Assembly (NCBI GenBank): GCA_964016885.1
Contig: OZ024743.1
Location: forward strand, 329,282,001 to 329,346,000
Length of the DNA: 64,000 nucleotides
Reading direction: 5' to 3'
Source of the DNA: Eledone cirrhosa
Lineage: Eukaryota
Below, piece after piece: positions 1 through 14,606 of the stretch (position 1 is its first letter; each line of letters opens with the position of its first letter). The position numbers were made by a program, and so were the translations under genes. Under the pieces are notes generated by a model. That model was given only the letters and a program-made list of their open reading frames with translations. It was not told the DNA's origin and searched no databases.

Positions 1-1410
1 AGGGGGAGAATTACTGAAGATGGACCAGGTGTGGTAAGGTGGGAGAATTACTGAAGGTAGTCCAGGTGTGGTAAGGTGGGAGAATTACTGAAGGTAGTCC
101 AGGTGTGGTAAGGTGGGAGAATTACTGAAGGTGGACCAGGTGTAGTAAGGTGGGAGAATTACTGAAGGTAGTCCAGGTGTGGTAACGTGGGAGAATTACT
201 GAAGATAGTCCAGGTGTGGTAAGGTGGGAGAATTACTGAAGGTGGACCAGGTGTGGTAAGGTGGGAGAATTACTGAAGGTAGACCAGGTGTGGTAAGGTG
301 GGAGAATTACTGAAGGTAGTCCAGGTGTGGTAAGGTGGGAGAATTACTGAAGGTAGACCAGGTGTGGTAAGGTGGGAGAATTACTGAAGGTAGTCCAGGT
401 GTGGTTAAGTGGGAGAATTACTGAAGGTAGACCAGGTGTGGTTAAGTGGGAGAATTATTGAAGATAGTCCAGGTGTGGTAAGGTGGGAGAATTACTGAAG
501 GTAGACCAGGTGTGGTAAGGTGGGAGAATTACTGAAGTTAGTCCAGGTGTGGTAAGGTGGGAGAATTACTGAAGGTAGTCCAGGTGTGGTAAGGTGGGAG
601 AATTACTGAAGGTAGACCAGGTGTGGTAAGGTGGGAGAATTACTGAAGGTAGTCCAGGTGTGGTTAAGTGGGAGAATTACTGAAGGTAGTCCAGGTGTGG
701 TAAGGTGGGAGAATTACTGAAGGTGGACCAGGTGTGGTTAAGGGGGAGAATTACTGAAGGTGGACCAGGTGTGGTAAGGCGGGAGAATTACTGAAGGTAG
801 ACCAGGTGTGGTAAGGTGGGAGAATTACTGAAGTTAGTCCAGGACTGGTTAAGGGGGAGAATTACTGAAGGTAGACCAGGTGTGGTTAAGGGGGAGAATT
901 ACTGAAGGTGGACCAGGTGTGGTAAGGTGGTAGAATTACTGAAGGTAGTCCAGGTGTGGTTAAGGGGGAGAATTACTGAAGATGGAACAGGTGTGGTAAG
1001 GTGGGAGAATTACTGAAGGTAGTCCAGGTGTGGTTAAGGGGGAGAATTACTGAAGGTGGACCAGGTGTGGTTAAGGGGGAGAATTACTGAAGATGGACCA
1101 GGTGTGGTAAGGTGGGAGAATTACTGAAGGTGGACCAGGTGTGGTTAAGGGGGAGAATTACTGAAGGTGGACCAGGTGTGGTTAAGGGGGAGAATTACTG
1201 AAGGTGGACCAGGTGTGGTTAAGGGGGAGAATTACTGAAGATGGACCAGGTGTGGTAAGGTGGGAGAATTACTGAAGGTGGACCAGGTGTGGTTACGGGG
1301 GAGAATTACTGAAGATGGACCAGGTGTGGTTAAGGGGGAGAATTACTGAAGGTGGACCAGGTGTGGTTAAGGGGGAGAATTACTGAAGATGGACCAGGTG
1401 TGGTTAAGGG
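1..1410. repeat. 37-bp tandem minisatellite, ~38 copies, runs off the left edge
   Basis: Unit GGTGTGGTAAGGTGGGAGAATTACTGAAGGTAGTCCA; GAATTACTG recurs at 8, 45, ... (period 37). Confidence 0.95.
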
Positions 1411-1611
1411 GGGGGGGGTACACGACTTCAGAAAGACAGTGAGAATAGATTAGAGACAAACAGAAATTCAAAGTGAAGTTTGTAAGACAAAATGAAGAAT
1501 ATTAGTTTCTAATTTGTGAGACAATTGACAATTTGTGGCATTAATAGGGAGAAGATTGGACATTTCTACTATTCTGATAATATCAACAACAAGAATAACA
1601 ACAATAATGCC

Positions 1612-1677
<66 letters not shown>

Positions 1678-1858
1678 TGTTTCTACTTTTGGCACAAGGC
1701 CAGCAAATACCCAGTGCATTACTGGTACTTTATTTTATCGACCCCGTAAGGATGAAAGGCAAAGTCAACCTCGGCGGGATTTGAACTCAGATCGTAAAGG
1801 GACGTAACTATGCTGGAAAGCATGGCGTCCGACCCTCTACCGATACTGCCAATCCACA
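1678..1858 (-). mobile_element. tRNA-derived SINE, family A (Meta-like central domain)
   Basis: Minus strand has A box TGGCAGTATCGG, B box GTTCAAATCC, then GACTTTGCCTTTCATCCTTACGGGGTCGATAAAATAAAGTACC and an (ATT)n tail. Homologous copies at 8586 and 20818. Confidence 0.8.
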
Positions 1859-2499
1859 ATAATGATAATAAATAATAATAGTAATGTTAATAATAATAAT
1901 AATAATCACCATCATCACCATTACCACTACCATAATCCTTATTATCGTCATCATGAAACCAGCGTTTTAAACCTTCTCATCAACTATATATCTCACCACT
2001 ACCACCACCACCACCACCACCACCACCAGCACCACCACTACCACACCACCACCACCATCACAATCACCACCACCACTACCACCAATTAGCACAATAATAA
2101 CGAAACCAACCACCATAATAATTTACACTACCACTACAACAATAACAGCAATAACAACCACACCAACAGACATAATAATTTACACTACCATCACCACCAC
2201 CGCCACCACCAGCACCAGGACCACCACCACCACAACCACCGCAACTACCTGCACCACCACTACCTCCACTACCACCATCAGCACCACCTCCAACACCTCA
2301 ACTATCACCACCACCGCCACCTCCGAAACTACCGCCACCGCAGCTACCACCACCACCACCAACCACCACTACCACCACCACCACCGCCCCAACCATGGTT
2401 ACCATCGAAACAACAAAATGTCAATGTGACTTGGATAGAATCTCGTGTGATTACCGTCATTGACGTTGGTTCGAACAATGTAGACTGTGAAGTCACGGT

Positions 2500-5400
2500 A
2501 ATACTACAATACTACAACCGCTGCACCACTACAATACTACACCACTATACTACTACACCACTACACCACTACTACACCACTATACTACTACACCACTACA
2601 CCACTACTACGCCACTATACCACTACACCACTACACCACTACACCACTACATCACTACACCACTGCATCATTACACTACTACGCCACTACAATATTACAG
2701 CACTACACCACCACTACAACACTCCACCACCACTATACCACTACAACACTACACAACAATCCACGACAACACCACCACACCACTACAACACACCACCACT
2801 ACAACACTCCACCACAACACCAGCACTACAGTACACCACAACAACACTCCACCACAACACCACTACACCACTACCGCACTACACTACACCACCACACCAC
2901 ACCGCAACAACACTCCACAACCACACCACTACACCACCACTACAACAGCACACCACAACACCATCACATCACTACAACACTCTACCACACCACCACTACA
3001 ACACACCACCACTACACCACACCACCACTACATCACCACACCACACCACTTCACCACACCACCACACCACTACACCACTACATCACCACACCACAACAAC
3101 ACTCCACAACCACACCACTACACCACCACTACAACAGCACACCACAACACCATCACATCACTACAACACTCTACCACACCACCACTACACCACACCACCA
3201 CTACATCACCACACCACACCACTTCACCACCCCACCACAACACCACACCACACCACCACAGCACTACACCACTACACCACCACACCACCAGAACACTACA
3301 CCAACACACTACTACACCACCACACCACCACACCACCACACCACCACACTACCACACCACTACACCACTACACCACTACACCACCAGTCCACCACTACAC
3401 CACTACACACACTACACCCCCACACCACCACACCACTACGCCACTACACCACCAGTCCACCACTACACCACTACAAGACTACACGCCCACACCACCACAC
3501 CACCACACCACCACACCACTACACCACCAGGCCACCACTACACCACTACAACACTACACCCCCACACCACCACACCACTACACCACCAGTCCACCACTTT
3601 ACCACTACTCCACTACACCACCACACTACTACACCACCACACAACCACACCACCACACCACCACACCACTACACCCCCACACCACCAGTCCACCAGTCCA
3701 CCAGTCCACCACTACACCACCACACCACCACACCACTACACCACCAGCCCACCACTACACCACTACACCACCACACCACTACACCCCCACACCACCACAC
3801 CACCACACCACTACACCACCACACCACTACACCACCACACCACCACACCACTACACCACTACACCACCACACCACCACAACACCACACCACTACACCACC
3901 ACACCACCACACCACTACACCACCACACCACCACACCACCACACCACCACACCACTACACCACCACACCACCACACCACTACACCACTACACCACCACGC
4001 CACCACACCACCACACCACCACACCACCACATCCCTACACCACCACACCACCACACCACTACACCACTACACCACTACACCACCAGTCCACCACTACACC
4101 ACTACAACACCACACCACTACACTACCACACCACCACACCACTACACCACCACACCACCACACCACTACACCACCACACCACTACACCACTACACCACTA
4201 CACCACCACACCACTACACCACTACACCACCACACCACTACACCACTACACCACTACACCACCACACCACCACACCACCACACCACCACACCACTACAAC
4301 ACTACACCACCACACCACCACACCACCACACCACCACACCACTACACCACCACACCACCACAGCACCACACCACTACACCACCACACCACCACACCACTA
4401 CACCACTACACCACCACACCACCACACCACCACACCACTACACCACTACACCACCACACCACCACACCACCACACCACTACACCACCACACCACCACACC
4501 ACTACACCACTACACCACCAGTCCACCACTACACCACTACACCCCCACACCACCACTACACCACCACACCACCACACCACTACACCACCACACCACCACA
4601 CCACTACACCACCACACCACTACACCACTACACCACCACCACACCACTACACCACTACACCACCACACCACCACACCACCACACCACCACACCACCACAC
4701 CACTACACCACCACACCACCACACCACCACACCACTACACCACCACACCACCACACCACCACACCACCACACCACTACACCACCACACCACTACACCACC
4801 ACACCACCACACCACTACACCACCACACCACCACACCACCACACCACTACACCACCACACCACTACACCACCACACCACTACACCACCGCACCACTACAC
4901 CACTACACCACCACACCACCACACCACTACACCACTACACCACCACACCACCACACCACCACACCACCACACCACTACACCACCACACCACCACACCACT
5001 ACACCACTACACCACTACACCACCAGTCCACCACTACACCACTACACCACCACACCACCACACCACCGCACCACTACACCACTACACCACCACACCACCA
5101 CAACACTACACCACTACACCACCACACCACCACACCACCACACCACCACACCACCACACCACTACACCACCACACCACTACACCACCACACCACTACACC
5201 ACCACACCACCACACCACCACACCACTACACCACCACGCCACTACACCACTACACCACCACACCACTACACCACTACACCACCACACCACCACAGCACCA
5301 CACCACCACACCACCACACCACTACACCACCACATCACTACACCACTACACCACCACACCACCACACCACTACACCACCACAACACCACACCACCACACC

Positions 5401-7080
5401 ACCACACCACCACACCACTACACCACCACACCACCACACCACTACACCACCACACCACCACACCACCAGAACACTACACCAACACACTACTACACCACCA
5501 CACCACCACACCACCACACCACCACACTACCACACCACTACACCACTACACCACTACACCACCAGTCCACCACTACACCACTACACACACTACACCCCCA
5601 CACCACCACACCACTACGCCACTACACCACCAGTCCACCACTACACCACTACAAGACTACACGCCCACACCACCACACCACCACACCACTACACCACTAC
5701 ACCACCACTACACCACTACACCCCCACACCCCCACACCACTACACCACCAGTCCACCACTTTACCACTACTCCACTACACCACCACACTACTACACCACC
5801 ACACAACCACACCACCACACCACCACACCACTACACCCCCACACCACCAGTCCACCAGTCCACCAGTCCACCACTACACCACCACACCACCACACCACTA
5901 CACCACCAGCCCACCACTACACCACTACACCACCACACCACTACACCCCCACACCACCACACCACCACACCACTACACCACCACACCACTACACCACCAC
6001 ACCACCACACCACTACACCACTACACCACCACACCACCACACCACCACACCACTACGCCACTACACCACCAGTCCACCACTACACCACTACAAGACTACA
6101 CGCCCACACCCCCACACCCCCACACCACCACACCACCACACCACTACACCACCACACCACTACACCACCACACCACCACACCACTACACCACTACACCAC
6201 CACACCACCACACCACCACACCACCACACCACTACACCACCACACCACCACACCACTACACCACCACACCACCACACCACCACACCACCACACCACTACA
6301 CCACCACACCACCACACCACTACACCACTACACCACCACGCCACCACAACACCACACCACTACACCACTACACCACCACACCACCACACCACCACATCCC
6401 TACACCACCACACCACCACACCACTACACCACTACACCACTACACCACCAGTCCACCACTACACCACTACACCACCACACCACTACACTACCACACCACC
6501 ACACCACTACACCACCACACCACCACACCACTACACCACCACACCACTACACCACTACACCACTACACCACTACACCACCACACCACCACACCACTACAC
6601 CACCACACCACCACACCACTACACCACTACACCACCACACCACTACACCACTACACCACTACACCACTACACCACCACACCACCACACCACTACACCACC
6701 ACACCACCACACCACTACACCACTACACCACTACACCACCACACCACTACACCACCACACCACCACACCACCACACCACCACACCACTACACCACCACAC
6801 CACTACACCACCACACCACCACACCACCACACCACCACACCACTACACCACCACACCACTACACCACCACACCACCACACCACCACACCACCACACCACT
6901 ACACCACCACACCACCACGCCACCACACCACTACACCACTACACCACCACACCACCAGTCCACCACTACACCACCACACCACCACACCACTACACCACCA
7001 GTCCACCACCACACCACCACACCACCACACCACCACACCACCACACCACTACACCACCACACCACTACAATACTGCAACA
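2500..7080. repeat. ACACCACY 8-mer-based satellite with internal higher-order duplication
   Basis: Tandem ACACCACT/ACACCACC. The rare variant CACCAGAACACTACACCAAC occurs at ~3285 and ~5464 (about 2.2 kb apart). Confidence 0.9.
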
Positions 7081-7189
7081 CTGCAATATTTCACCATTGC
7101 AATTCCACATCTAATTATTGTGCTTCGTTTAAAGTCATAATCGATTCGATAAGTAGATTTCCTCACAGGATGGGACAGGCCCTAGTACC

Positions 7190-7238
7190 CACACACACAC
7201 ACACAGACACACACACACACAGACACATACACACACCC

Positions 7239-7302
<64 letters not shown>

Positions 7303-8330
7303 ACACACACACACATACACACACCCTTACACATACACACACACACACAGCCACACACACACTCAGACCCTCACACACACACCTTCACACACTCATCCAC
7401 ACACTCACAGATACACACTCATACACACATACACACACACTCATACTCACATCCACACACACCCTCACACACACACTCACACCCTCACACAGTCATACAC
7501 ACACCCTCGCACCCTCATACACTCTAACACACTCACAAATACGCGCACACTCACACATACACACACTCACACACACTGTCACACGCACAGACATACGCAC
7601 ACGTGCACACACATACAGTCACACACGCACTGACAATTCCATGCATATGTGCGCACACACATACAGACATACAATCACACACGCTCAAACATGCATACAC
7701 CGGAAACACACATACGCACATGCAGTCACATACTCATAGACATACGCACATGTGTACACACACTCACACGTTAAGACAAACACATACATAGACATCCGCG
7801 CACACACGCACACACGCACATACACACATACCGTCACACAGGAATGCTGACAGACATACGCATATGTACACACACACACACAAACTTTCAGACAAACACA
7901 CGCATAGATATCCGCACATATGCACACACATACACTCATACACACATACAGTCACACACGCACACGCACAGACATACGCAGACTTGCACAGTGTGCGCAT
8001 GTCTGTACGTGTTAGTGGTGATGTATGTGAGAGTGTGTGTCTGTGAGTGTGTGTGTGTGTGTGAGAGTGTGCGAGTGTGTGTCTGTGTGTGTGTGTGTGA
8101 GAGAGAGTGTGTGTGTCTGTGTGTTAGGATGTGAGTGAGGGTGTGTGAGTGTATGTGTGTGAGTGTGCGTTTGTGTGTGCGTGTGAAGGTGCGTGTGTGT
8201 GTGTGGATGTGACAAACATACAGTCACACACGCACACATACAGACATACACACTCGTGCACACACACACACACATACTCAGACACGCACGTTCATGCACA
8301 TAGGACCCCCCCCCCCACACACACACAGAC
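7190..8330. repeat. Degenerate (CA)n/(TG)n microsatellite field
   Basis: CA-rich to ~7980, TG-rich ~8030-8210, then CA again. Confidence 0.85.
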
Positions 8331-8585
8331 GCGATTTTCCAAAAACTAATGGAATCCTGTACTTTAGCCATTCCCTTATATTTCAAATGAAAGAAACTGT
8401 TTCTACTTAAACTCATCTTGAAAAATAATCAAGAACTTGGAAAGGTTTAGTAATATAACTTTACCATTATTAACGGTGAAAATAAAAATTAAACAAAAAT
8501 TTCCTAACAAGAACTGAACATCATAGAATCAATCCCATTGACACTGCTTCTGTCTTCTCGCTCTCCCCATCTCTTATTATTATTA

Positions 8586-8760
8586 GGCGGTGGATTGGCA
8601 GTATCAGTAGAGGGTCTGACGCCTGCTTTGCAGCAAAGAGTTGCGGCCCTTTATGATCTGAGTTCAAATCCCGCCGAAGTTAACTTTGCCTTTCATCCTT
8701 ACGGGGTCGATAAACTAAAGCACTGAGATAATTGCTGGCGTTGTGCCAAAATTAGAAACA
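8586..8760 (+). mobile_element. tRNA-derived SINE, family A (internally deleted)
   Basis: GGCGGTGGATTGGCAGTATCAGTAGAGGG...GAGTTCAAATCCCGCCGAAGTTAACTTTGCCTTTCATCCTTACGGGGTCGATAAA; matches the reverse complement of 1678-1858. Confidence 0.8.
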
Positions 8761-9133
8761 ATTATTAGGCAAATGGGGGCCCGCGGACAGGAACATAACT
8801 TAACAAAGGTTCTTAGATAAAAATATGATGGAATGTGTTTAGATAAATATAAACACTCAAATTTTCAGTTCTGTATCAGAAAGCCAGTGGCCGTTTCTGG
8901 CGGTTTGTTATCTAAACTGTTCATAAGATGTTAAAATGGGACCAAAACTATTTGGTCCCATTTTATAAATTTATAAATTTATAAAATGATCCCATTTTAT
9001 AAATTGGTCCCATTTTATAAATTTATAAATTTATTTTTTGTCGATCGACTTTCCTCAAATCGGACCGAGGAAACAATGTTTCCATTGGTCTTTCCAATTG
9101 CTAATACTATCTATCGGTCGCAACTCCAGGTAG

Positions 9134-9253
9134 AAGGAGCAACGTGAAATAAAATGTCTTGCTCAAGAACATAACGCATCGCCTGATCTAGGAATCGAAC
9201 TGACAACCACACGATTGCAAATCGAGTTCTCTAACCAACCAGCCACAAGCCTT
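9134..9253 (-). mobile_element. tRNA-derived SINE, family B (CORE-like), 5' fragment
   Basis: Minus strand GTGGCTGGTTGGTTAGAG...GTTCGATTCC...GTTCTTGAGCAAGACATTTTATTTCACGTTGCTCC; similar to 19878 and 35603. Confidence 0.7.
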
Positions 9254-9794
9254 CACTCTCAAAAATTAATTGCAACTAAATTTTATCAAAAGACACCCTA
9301 TTTCAAGGAACACTAGAACTTTTTTTTAGCGGAACCCAGTTTTGGAATTCTTAGTTTACAGGAATGGTTTTTAACTGGCGAACGGAATATGGTACATGTC
9401 TGAGAGTCATAACCTTTAGTTTTTAGTCTTATCTTGCATTACGTGAAGACTATGCACGTGTCAGTGTCATGTTAATCCAGGAGTTGAAAGTTCGGTTTAC
9501 CGCACGACTGAATGTTCATCGACGAAATCGACGGAGGATCCAACATTCTCATCATGAGGTTTGGATTTTCTAGATATAACTACACAGCAATTCCTTGATA
9601 CCAAAGACATGTACGTTATAATTAGGCTAATTCCACACCAGTTCTTCGACTAGAAATGTTAGTCCTATGTGATGTCATTCTTATTGTGGAATTGTGGACC
9701 AACAACTAGTTGGGCGAGTGACTGAAGTTATTCAGTCAGTCAATATATATATATATATTGACTGACTGAATAACTATATATATATATATATATA

Positions 9795-10232
9795 TAAAAT
9801 ACAATATGTTGAAAAGGTAACACACTAGAGAGAGATATAGTGCGCCTTCAATAAAACAGGGAAAACCCACCAGTGTATGGAATCTATAACCTATGAAAGG
9901 CAGGGTAGACACACAATAATTAAAAATATAAATTAAAGTGTATATACGTACCTCTATAATTATATAACACACGTACAAATCCAAAGAGATCAAATTCACC
10001 AAGAAGTTGTTGACTGAAGTTGTTGGCGAATCAGATCTCTTTGGATTTGTACGTATGTGTTATATACTTATAGAGGTATGTATTTACACTTTAATTTATA
10101 TTTTTAATTATCGTGATTCTACCCTGCCTTTCATAGGTTATAGATTCCATACACTGGTGGTTTTTCACTGTTTTATTGATGGCGCACTGTATCTCTCTCT
10201 AGTATGTTACCTTTTCAACATATTGTATTTTA
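9795..10232. repeat. Fold-back inverted repeat, ~200-bp arms, next to (TA)n
   Basis: 9795-~9992 is the diverged reverse complement of ~10033-10232 (e.g. AAAATACAATATGTTGAAAAGGTAAC / GTTACCTTTTCAACATATTGTATTTT). Confidence 0.9.
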
Positions 10233-10310
10233 AAGACCGCAGGATTCCTTCTCCTTTGAGCACATTATTGACAGGGAATAGCGAGAATCTATGGCTCCGT
10301 TAATTTATCG

Positions 10311-10684
<374 letters not shown>

Positions 10685-10693
10685 CACACACAG

Positions 10694-10732
<39 letters not shown>

Positions 10733-11014
10733 AATATATACATATACACACACACACACACACACATATATAGATATATATACTTCGTTTTTATATATAT
10801 AGCAAAATTGTAAAATTGTTACATAAAATTAGATTATTTACAACACCATCTGCATTCAGTTCCTTTTTTCAAATATACCTAACTGTACCAAGGATTTCAC
10901 ACATTTTCCAATATATATATATATATATCCTTAACGGGATCTTCTGAAACTCAGTTTCAGAAGATCCCGTTAAGGGTGAAAGCAGCGATTCTTTGCTTAA
11001 ACTTTAATCTGTTA

Positions 11015-11051
<37 letters not shown>

Positions 11052-11227
11052 CAAAAGGGATATTCAATTTGTTGGTAATTCAACAAATATAAATGTTTAT
11101 AACTGATTCACATCACTCGACAAGTTTTCTGGAGTATAATATTCAATGATATTAAATAAATGGAAACTATATTTATAAAACCATATTTATATGGTTTTAT
11201 AAATATAGTTTCCATTTATTTAATATC

Positions 11228-11264
<37 letters not shown>

Positions 11265-11534
11265 TATAAAGTATGTCCATAGAATCATTTGATAATATAT
11301 ATACTCCATTTCCTCTCCCAATTAGCATAATTAACCACACAAAAAATCAATTAGACCAGGCTATAAGATTAAAAGGCAGAAGATATAGTAGATAAATAAA
11401 CGACAGCAATCTCTTCGCGACCAACTGCCATAGAATATTTACCCAACATTTCAACAGCACGTGGAAATCGATTAAATATACACAATTAGGAATAAAATTA
11501 AAGTTAGAAGAAATGCATATACACATACCAGGAT

Positions 11535-11620
11535 TATGTTTCTACCCTAGGGTTTCGTTCGCATTTGGAAATATCCTATTAATCATAAAATCTCGAGCTT
11601 CGAACTCATCAGGAAACACA
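11535..11620 (-). ncRNA. Type I hammerhead ribozyme (intact core, 49-nt stem II region)
   Basis: TGTTTC-CTGATGA-GTTCG...CGAAC-GAAAC-CCTAGG-GTA|GAAACA: perfect stem I, 5-bp stem II closure, palindromic stem III ACCCTAGGGT. Confidence 0.85.
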
Positions 11621-11994
11621 CTCGTTTGGACAAAGGATTTTCCTAAGTGATCTCCGCCAGAAACGAATTCAAAATGGCTAAGAACTGTGACGTGGCAGTG
11701 GTCAAGTCAGAAAGAATGTGATTGGTTGCTTACGGCGAGTGGGCATATATATATATATAAGTATGTATACGTACATACATATAGGTATACAGACGTACAG
11801 TAGTATGTATATATATACATGCACACACATATATATATACGTATGGGTTTACCGAAGATTTATTATAATGCTAGGTTTGTTGGTAAACAAACAGCCCGAA
11901 TTATTAGCCGTGCAGTGTTCGACAACCATCGTTGCTCTTTTGTTCAACACTGACAAAGGAACGATGAACTAGTTTCTAGCTTATTAGCTATCAT

Positions 11995-12530
11995 CAACAC
12001 CGTATACCTTGTAGTGGCTCTACCTTGAGTGACTCTCTGATCTCCAAGCTACACACTCTATCGAGTAACGTAAGTCCAAAGACCCTTCGACTCCCACAAT
12101 CAACGGTTTTGATTAAGCACCATTTATCCGAATACATATACTCGGATATTTGTATAGAGACATCAGGGCAGCAAGAAGCTGACCATCAAACCCACACTCT
12201 TGCACAACCTTCCATAGAACGTGGTCATATGCCTTTTTTTCGAGGTCTACGAAACAAGAATATAACTCTTGGCAATCCTCCCACGATTTCTCGAAGACCT
12301 GCTGCAATGTGAATATTTGGTCGGCTGAGCTGCGTCCACCGCGAAAACCACACTGTTAATCAGCTAGCTTGTACTCGACCGCCTCCCTGCATCTTTTTAC
12401 CAGACATGTAGCATAGACTTTACCGCGAAGGCTTAACAAGGAGACCCTTCTTGTCTTCCTTTCTATTTAAGGCTTTTAACATCCCGGGCCGGATTTCATC
12501 TTTCCCAGCAGTCTTGCCACGTTTGAGCTG
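11995..12530 (-). pseudogene. Non-LTR (RTE-like) LINE reverse transcriptase fragment, deleted and frameshifted
   Basis: QCGFRGGRSSADQIFTLQQVFEKSWE...CFVDLEKKAYD...LWKV are non-LTR RT motifs; 12030-12085 resembles the RTE 3' fragment at 36745-36795. Confidence 0.8.
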
Positions 12531-12642
12531 GAAGACTTAATAAAATGAATAATAAAACTCTACTTCGGTATTGAATACTCTTTTCTCACAGACGTGAACC
12601 ACATACGGATATATATATATATATATACATTTAATATAGAAA

Positions 12643-12693
12643 GGCTTCTACAGTACTAGAATTGTTTCATTCGGGAGAAATCATCAGGAAGCC
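12643..12693 (-). ncRNA. Type I hammerhead ribozyme inside the fold-back 12629-12750
   Basis: GGCTTC-CTGATGA-TTTCTCCCGAAT-GAAAC-AATTCTAGTACT-GTA|GAAGCC. The opposite arm holds a 5'-truncated copy followed by GTATTGAGTACC. Confidence 0.75.
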
Positions 12694-12818
12694 CATGATT
12701 TCTCCCAAATGAAACAGTTGTAGTCTTGTAGAAGCCTTTTCTATATTAAATATGTATACTCTGCTTTGTATTGAGTACCTTACTTACTGTGGTTACCCCC
12801 GATTGAACCCGGAATAAA

Positions 12819-12868
<50 letters not shown>

Positions 12869-12953
12869 CGAGGTCTATATATATATATAAAATCGAGCAA
12901 ATAGAGAAAAAGTTTTAAAATAAATTAAAAAGAATTCGCTGTACTTACTATAT

Positions 12954-13039
12954 GTGCCTTTACGGCGGTTTCATGCTCCAGAAAAAACGGAAAATCCAAG
13001 CGGATTTCCATTGAGAAGGGAGCAATCTTCAGAAGGCTC
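12954..13039 (-). ncRNA. Type I hammerhead ribozyme, 53-nt stem II
   Basis: GCCTT-CTGAAGA-TTGCTCC...GGAGCAT-GAAAC-CGCC-GTA|AAGGC; internal hairpin GGAAATCC/GGATTTTCC. Confidence 0.8.
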
Positions 13040-13431
13040 TTCTTCCTCGGAGAATATAAAATTCCCGAGTTCAAATCACAAACTGACGCCATACAAAACC
13101 ATTCCCAAATGAGAGCGGATGATGAAAGAAATAATTCTGTCTGGTGCCGTGTGCAAAGACAAAAGGCAGGGTGGACAGGTCAATGTCCTGCCACTAGAAA
13201 TAGCAGCAGTCCAAACGGCTAAAATTTTATCTCTACCTTAGGGGGAGATCAATAATAATAAAGTATGAATTCCTACGTGTAAAAAATACATATAGGGAAA
13301 CAAGTATTATCCAACCGTATGTCAATGTGGTTCTATGGCGGGTTAATAAATTAAAAATAAATTAACGAGGTCTAGCAAATAGAGAAAAAGTTTTAAAATA
13401 AATTTTAAAAAATTCGCTGTACTTACTATAT

Positions 13432-13502
13432 GTGCTTTTACCGCGGTTTCATGCTCCAGAATAAACGGAAAATCCAAGTGGATTTCAATCTTCAGAAGGC
13501 TC
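13432..13502 (-). ncRNA. Second hammerhead copy with a deletion in stem II
   Basis: GCCTT-CTGAAGA-TTG...GGAGCAT-GAAAC-CGCG-GTA|AAAGC; stem III palindrome ACCGCGGT. Confidence 0.6.
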
Positions 13503-13797
13503 TTCTCCCTCGGAGAATATAAAATTCCAGAGTTTAAATCACAAACTGACGCCATACAAAACCATTCCAAATGAGAGCGGATGATGAAAGAAATAATTCT
13601 GTCTGGTGCCGTGTGCAAAGACATATAGTAAGTACAGCGAATTTTTTAAAATTTATTTTAAAACTATTTCTCTATTTGCTAGACCTCGATTTTATATGTT
13701 CTGGCTTGTTAATTTATTAACCCGCCATAGAACCACATTGGCATACGGTTGGATAATACTTGTTTCCGTATATGTATATTTATACGTAAGAATTCAT

Positions 13798-13835
<38 letters not shown>

Positions 13836-13935
13836 TAATGGTAGCTTAGATGATCCCATAGGCGGTATGCCGGTTGAGCTCTCGAAATACGCAATAAATT
13901 GAGTTCCGATGCATCACTGATTTTTCGTTTTCCAT

Positions 13936-13966
<31 letters not shown>

Positions 13967-14059
13967 CCGTATGTGGTTCACGTCTATGAGAAAAGAGTAT
14001 TCAATACCGAAGTAGAGTATATATATATACATATATATATATGTATATATATATATATA

Positions 14060-14200
14060 TCATCATCATCAGGTCGAGCTTGCTCGGCTTTCTACGACAC
14101 GTTTCCTCCATCCATCTCTGTCTCTCATAGCGTTTGCCAGTTCTTCCGTAATGCATCCAGTATCGTCCTAAAGTTGCTTGACGTATGTCTTCTTGGGACA
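14060..14200 (-). mobile_element. 3' end of an RTE-like LINE with (GAT)n tail
   Basis: Minus frame reads [41 protein letters not shown] followed by TGATGATG; resembles RTE-clade C-termini. Confidence 0.6.
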
Positions 14201-14250
14201 AACAACGTTTCATATATATATATGTATATATACACACACATATATATATG

Positions 14251-14340
<90 letters not shown>

Positions 14341-14344
<4 letters not shown>

Positions 14345-14544
14345 AAAAAGTATGACCCCGACGGCAGAGCACAAGCCGTTTCGACGGCTATTTCTGGACC
14401 ATAATGTCCAGAAATAGCCGTCGAAACGGCTTGAGCTCTGCCGACGGGGTCATACTTTTTCCTAATTCCCACTCTACTACCCTAAGTATTGAGTACTCTG
14501 GTGCGTTATGGTCCATCTGGTTCCTTACCACATTTCCTTTGTTA
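14341..14544 (+). mobile_element. Short fold-back element with hammerhead 3' half (same family as 10342)
   Basis: Arms 14341-14399 / 14406-14464 around loop CATAAT; GAAAC-GGCTTGAGCTCTGCC-GAC; GTATTGAGTACT at 14486. Confidence 0.8.
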
Positions 14545-14606
14545 TATATATATATCTATATATATATACACACATATATATATATATATATACATATATA
14601 CATATA

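Larger units (their letters stand above)
12890..13802 (-). mobile_element. Tandem ~478-bp pLTR/retrozyme-like unit (about 1.5 copies) plus inverted partial copy, in (TA)n
   Basis: 12896-13160 is repeated at 13375-13621; 13622-13802 is the reverse complement of ~13260-13432; each direct unit has a hammerhead. Confidence 0.8.

Noticed and set aside
1-1410. CRISPR-like 37-bp repeats
   Set aside because: Units are directly adjacent with no unique spacers; eukaryotic context, no cas genes.
2426-7114. 1562-aa His/Thr/Pro-rich ORF
   Set aside because: Translation of an ACACCACY satellite that lacks stop codons in this frame; GTG start, no domain structure.
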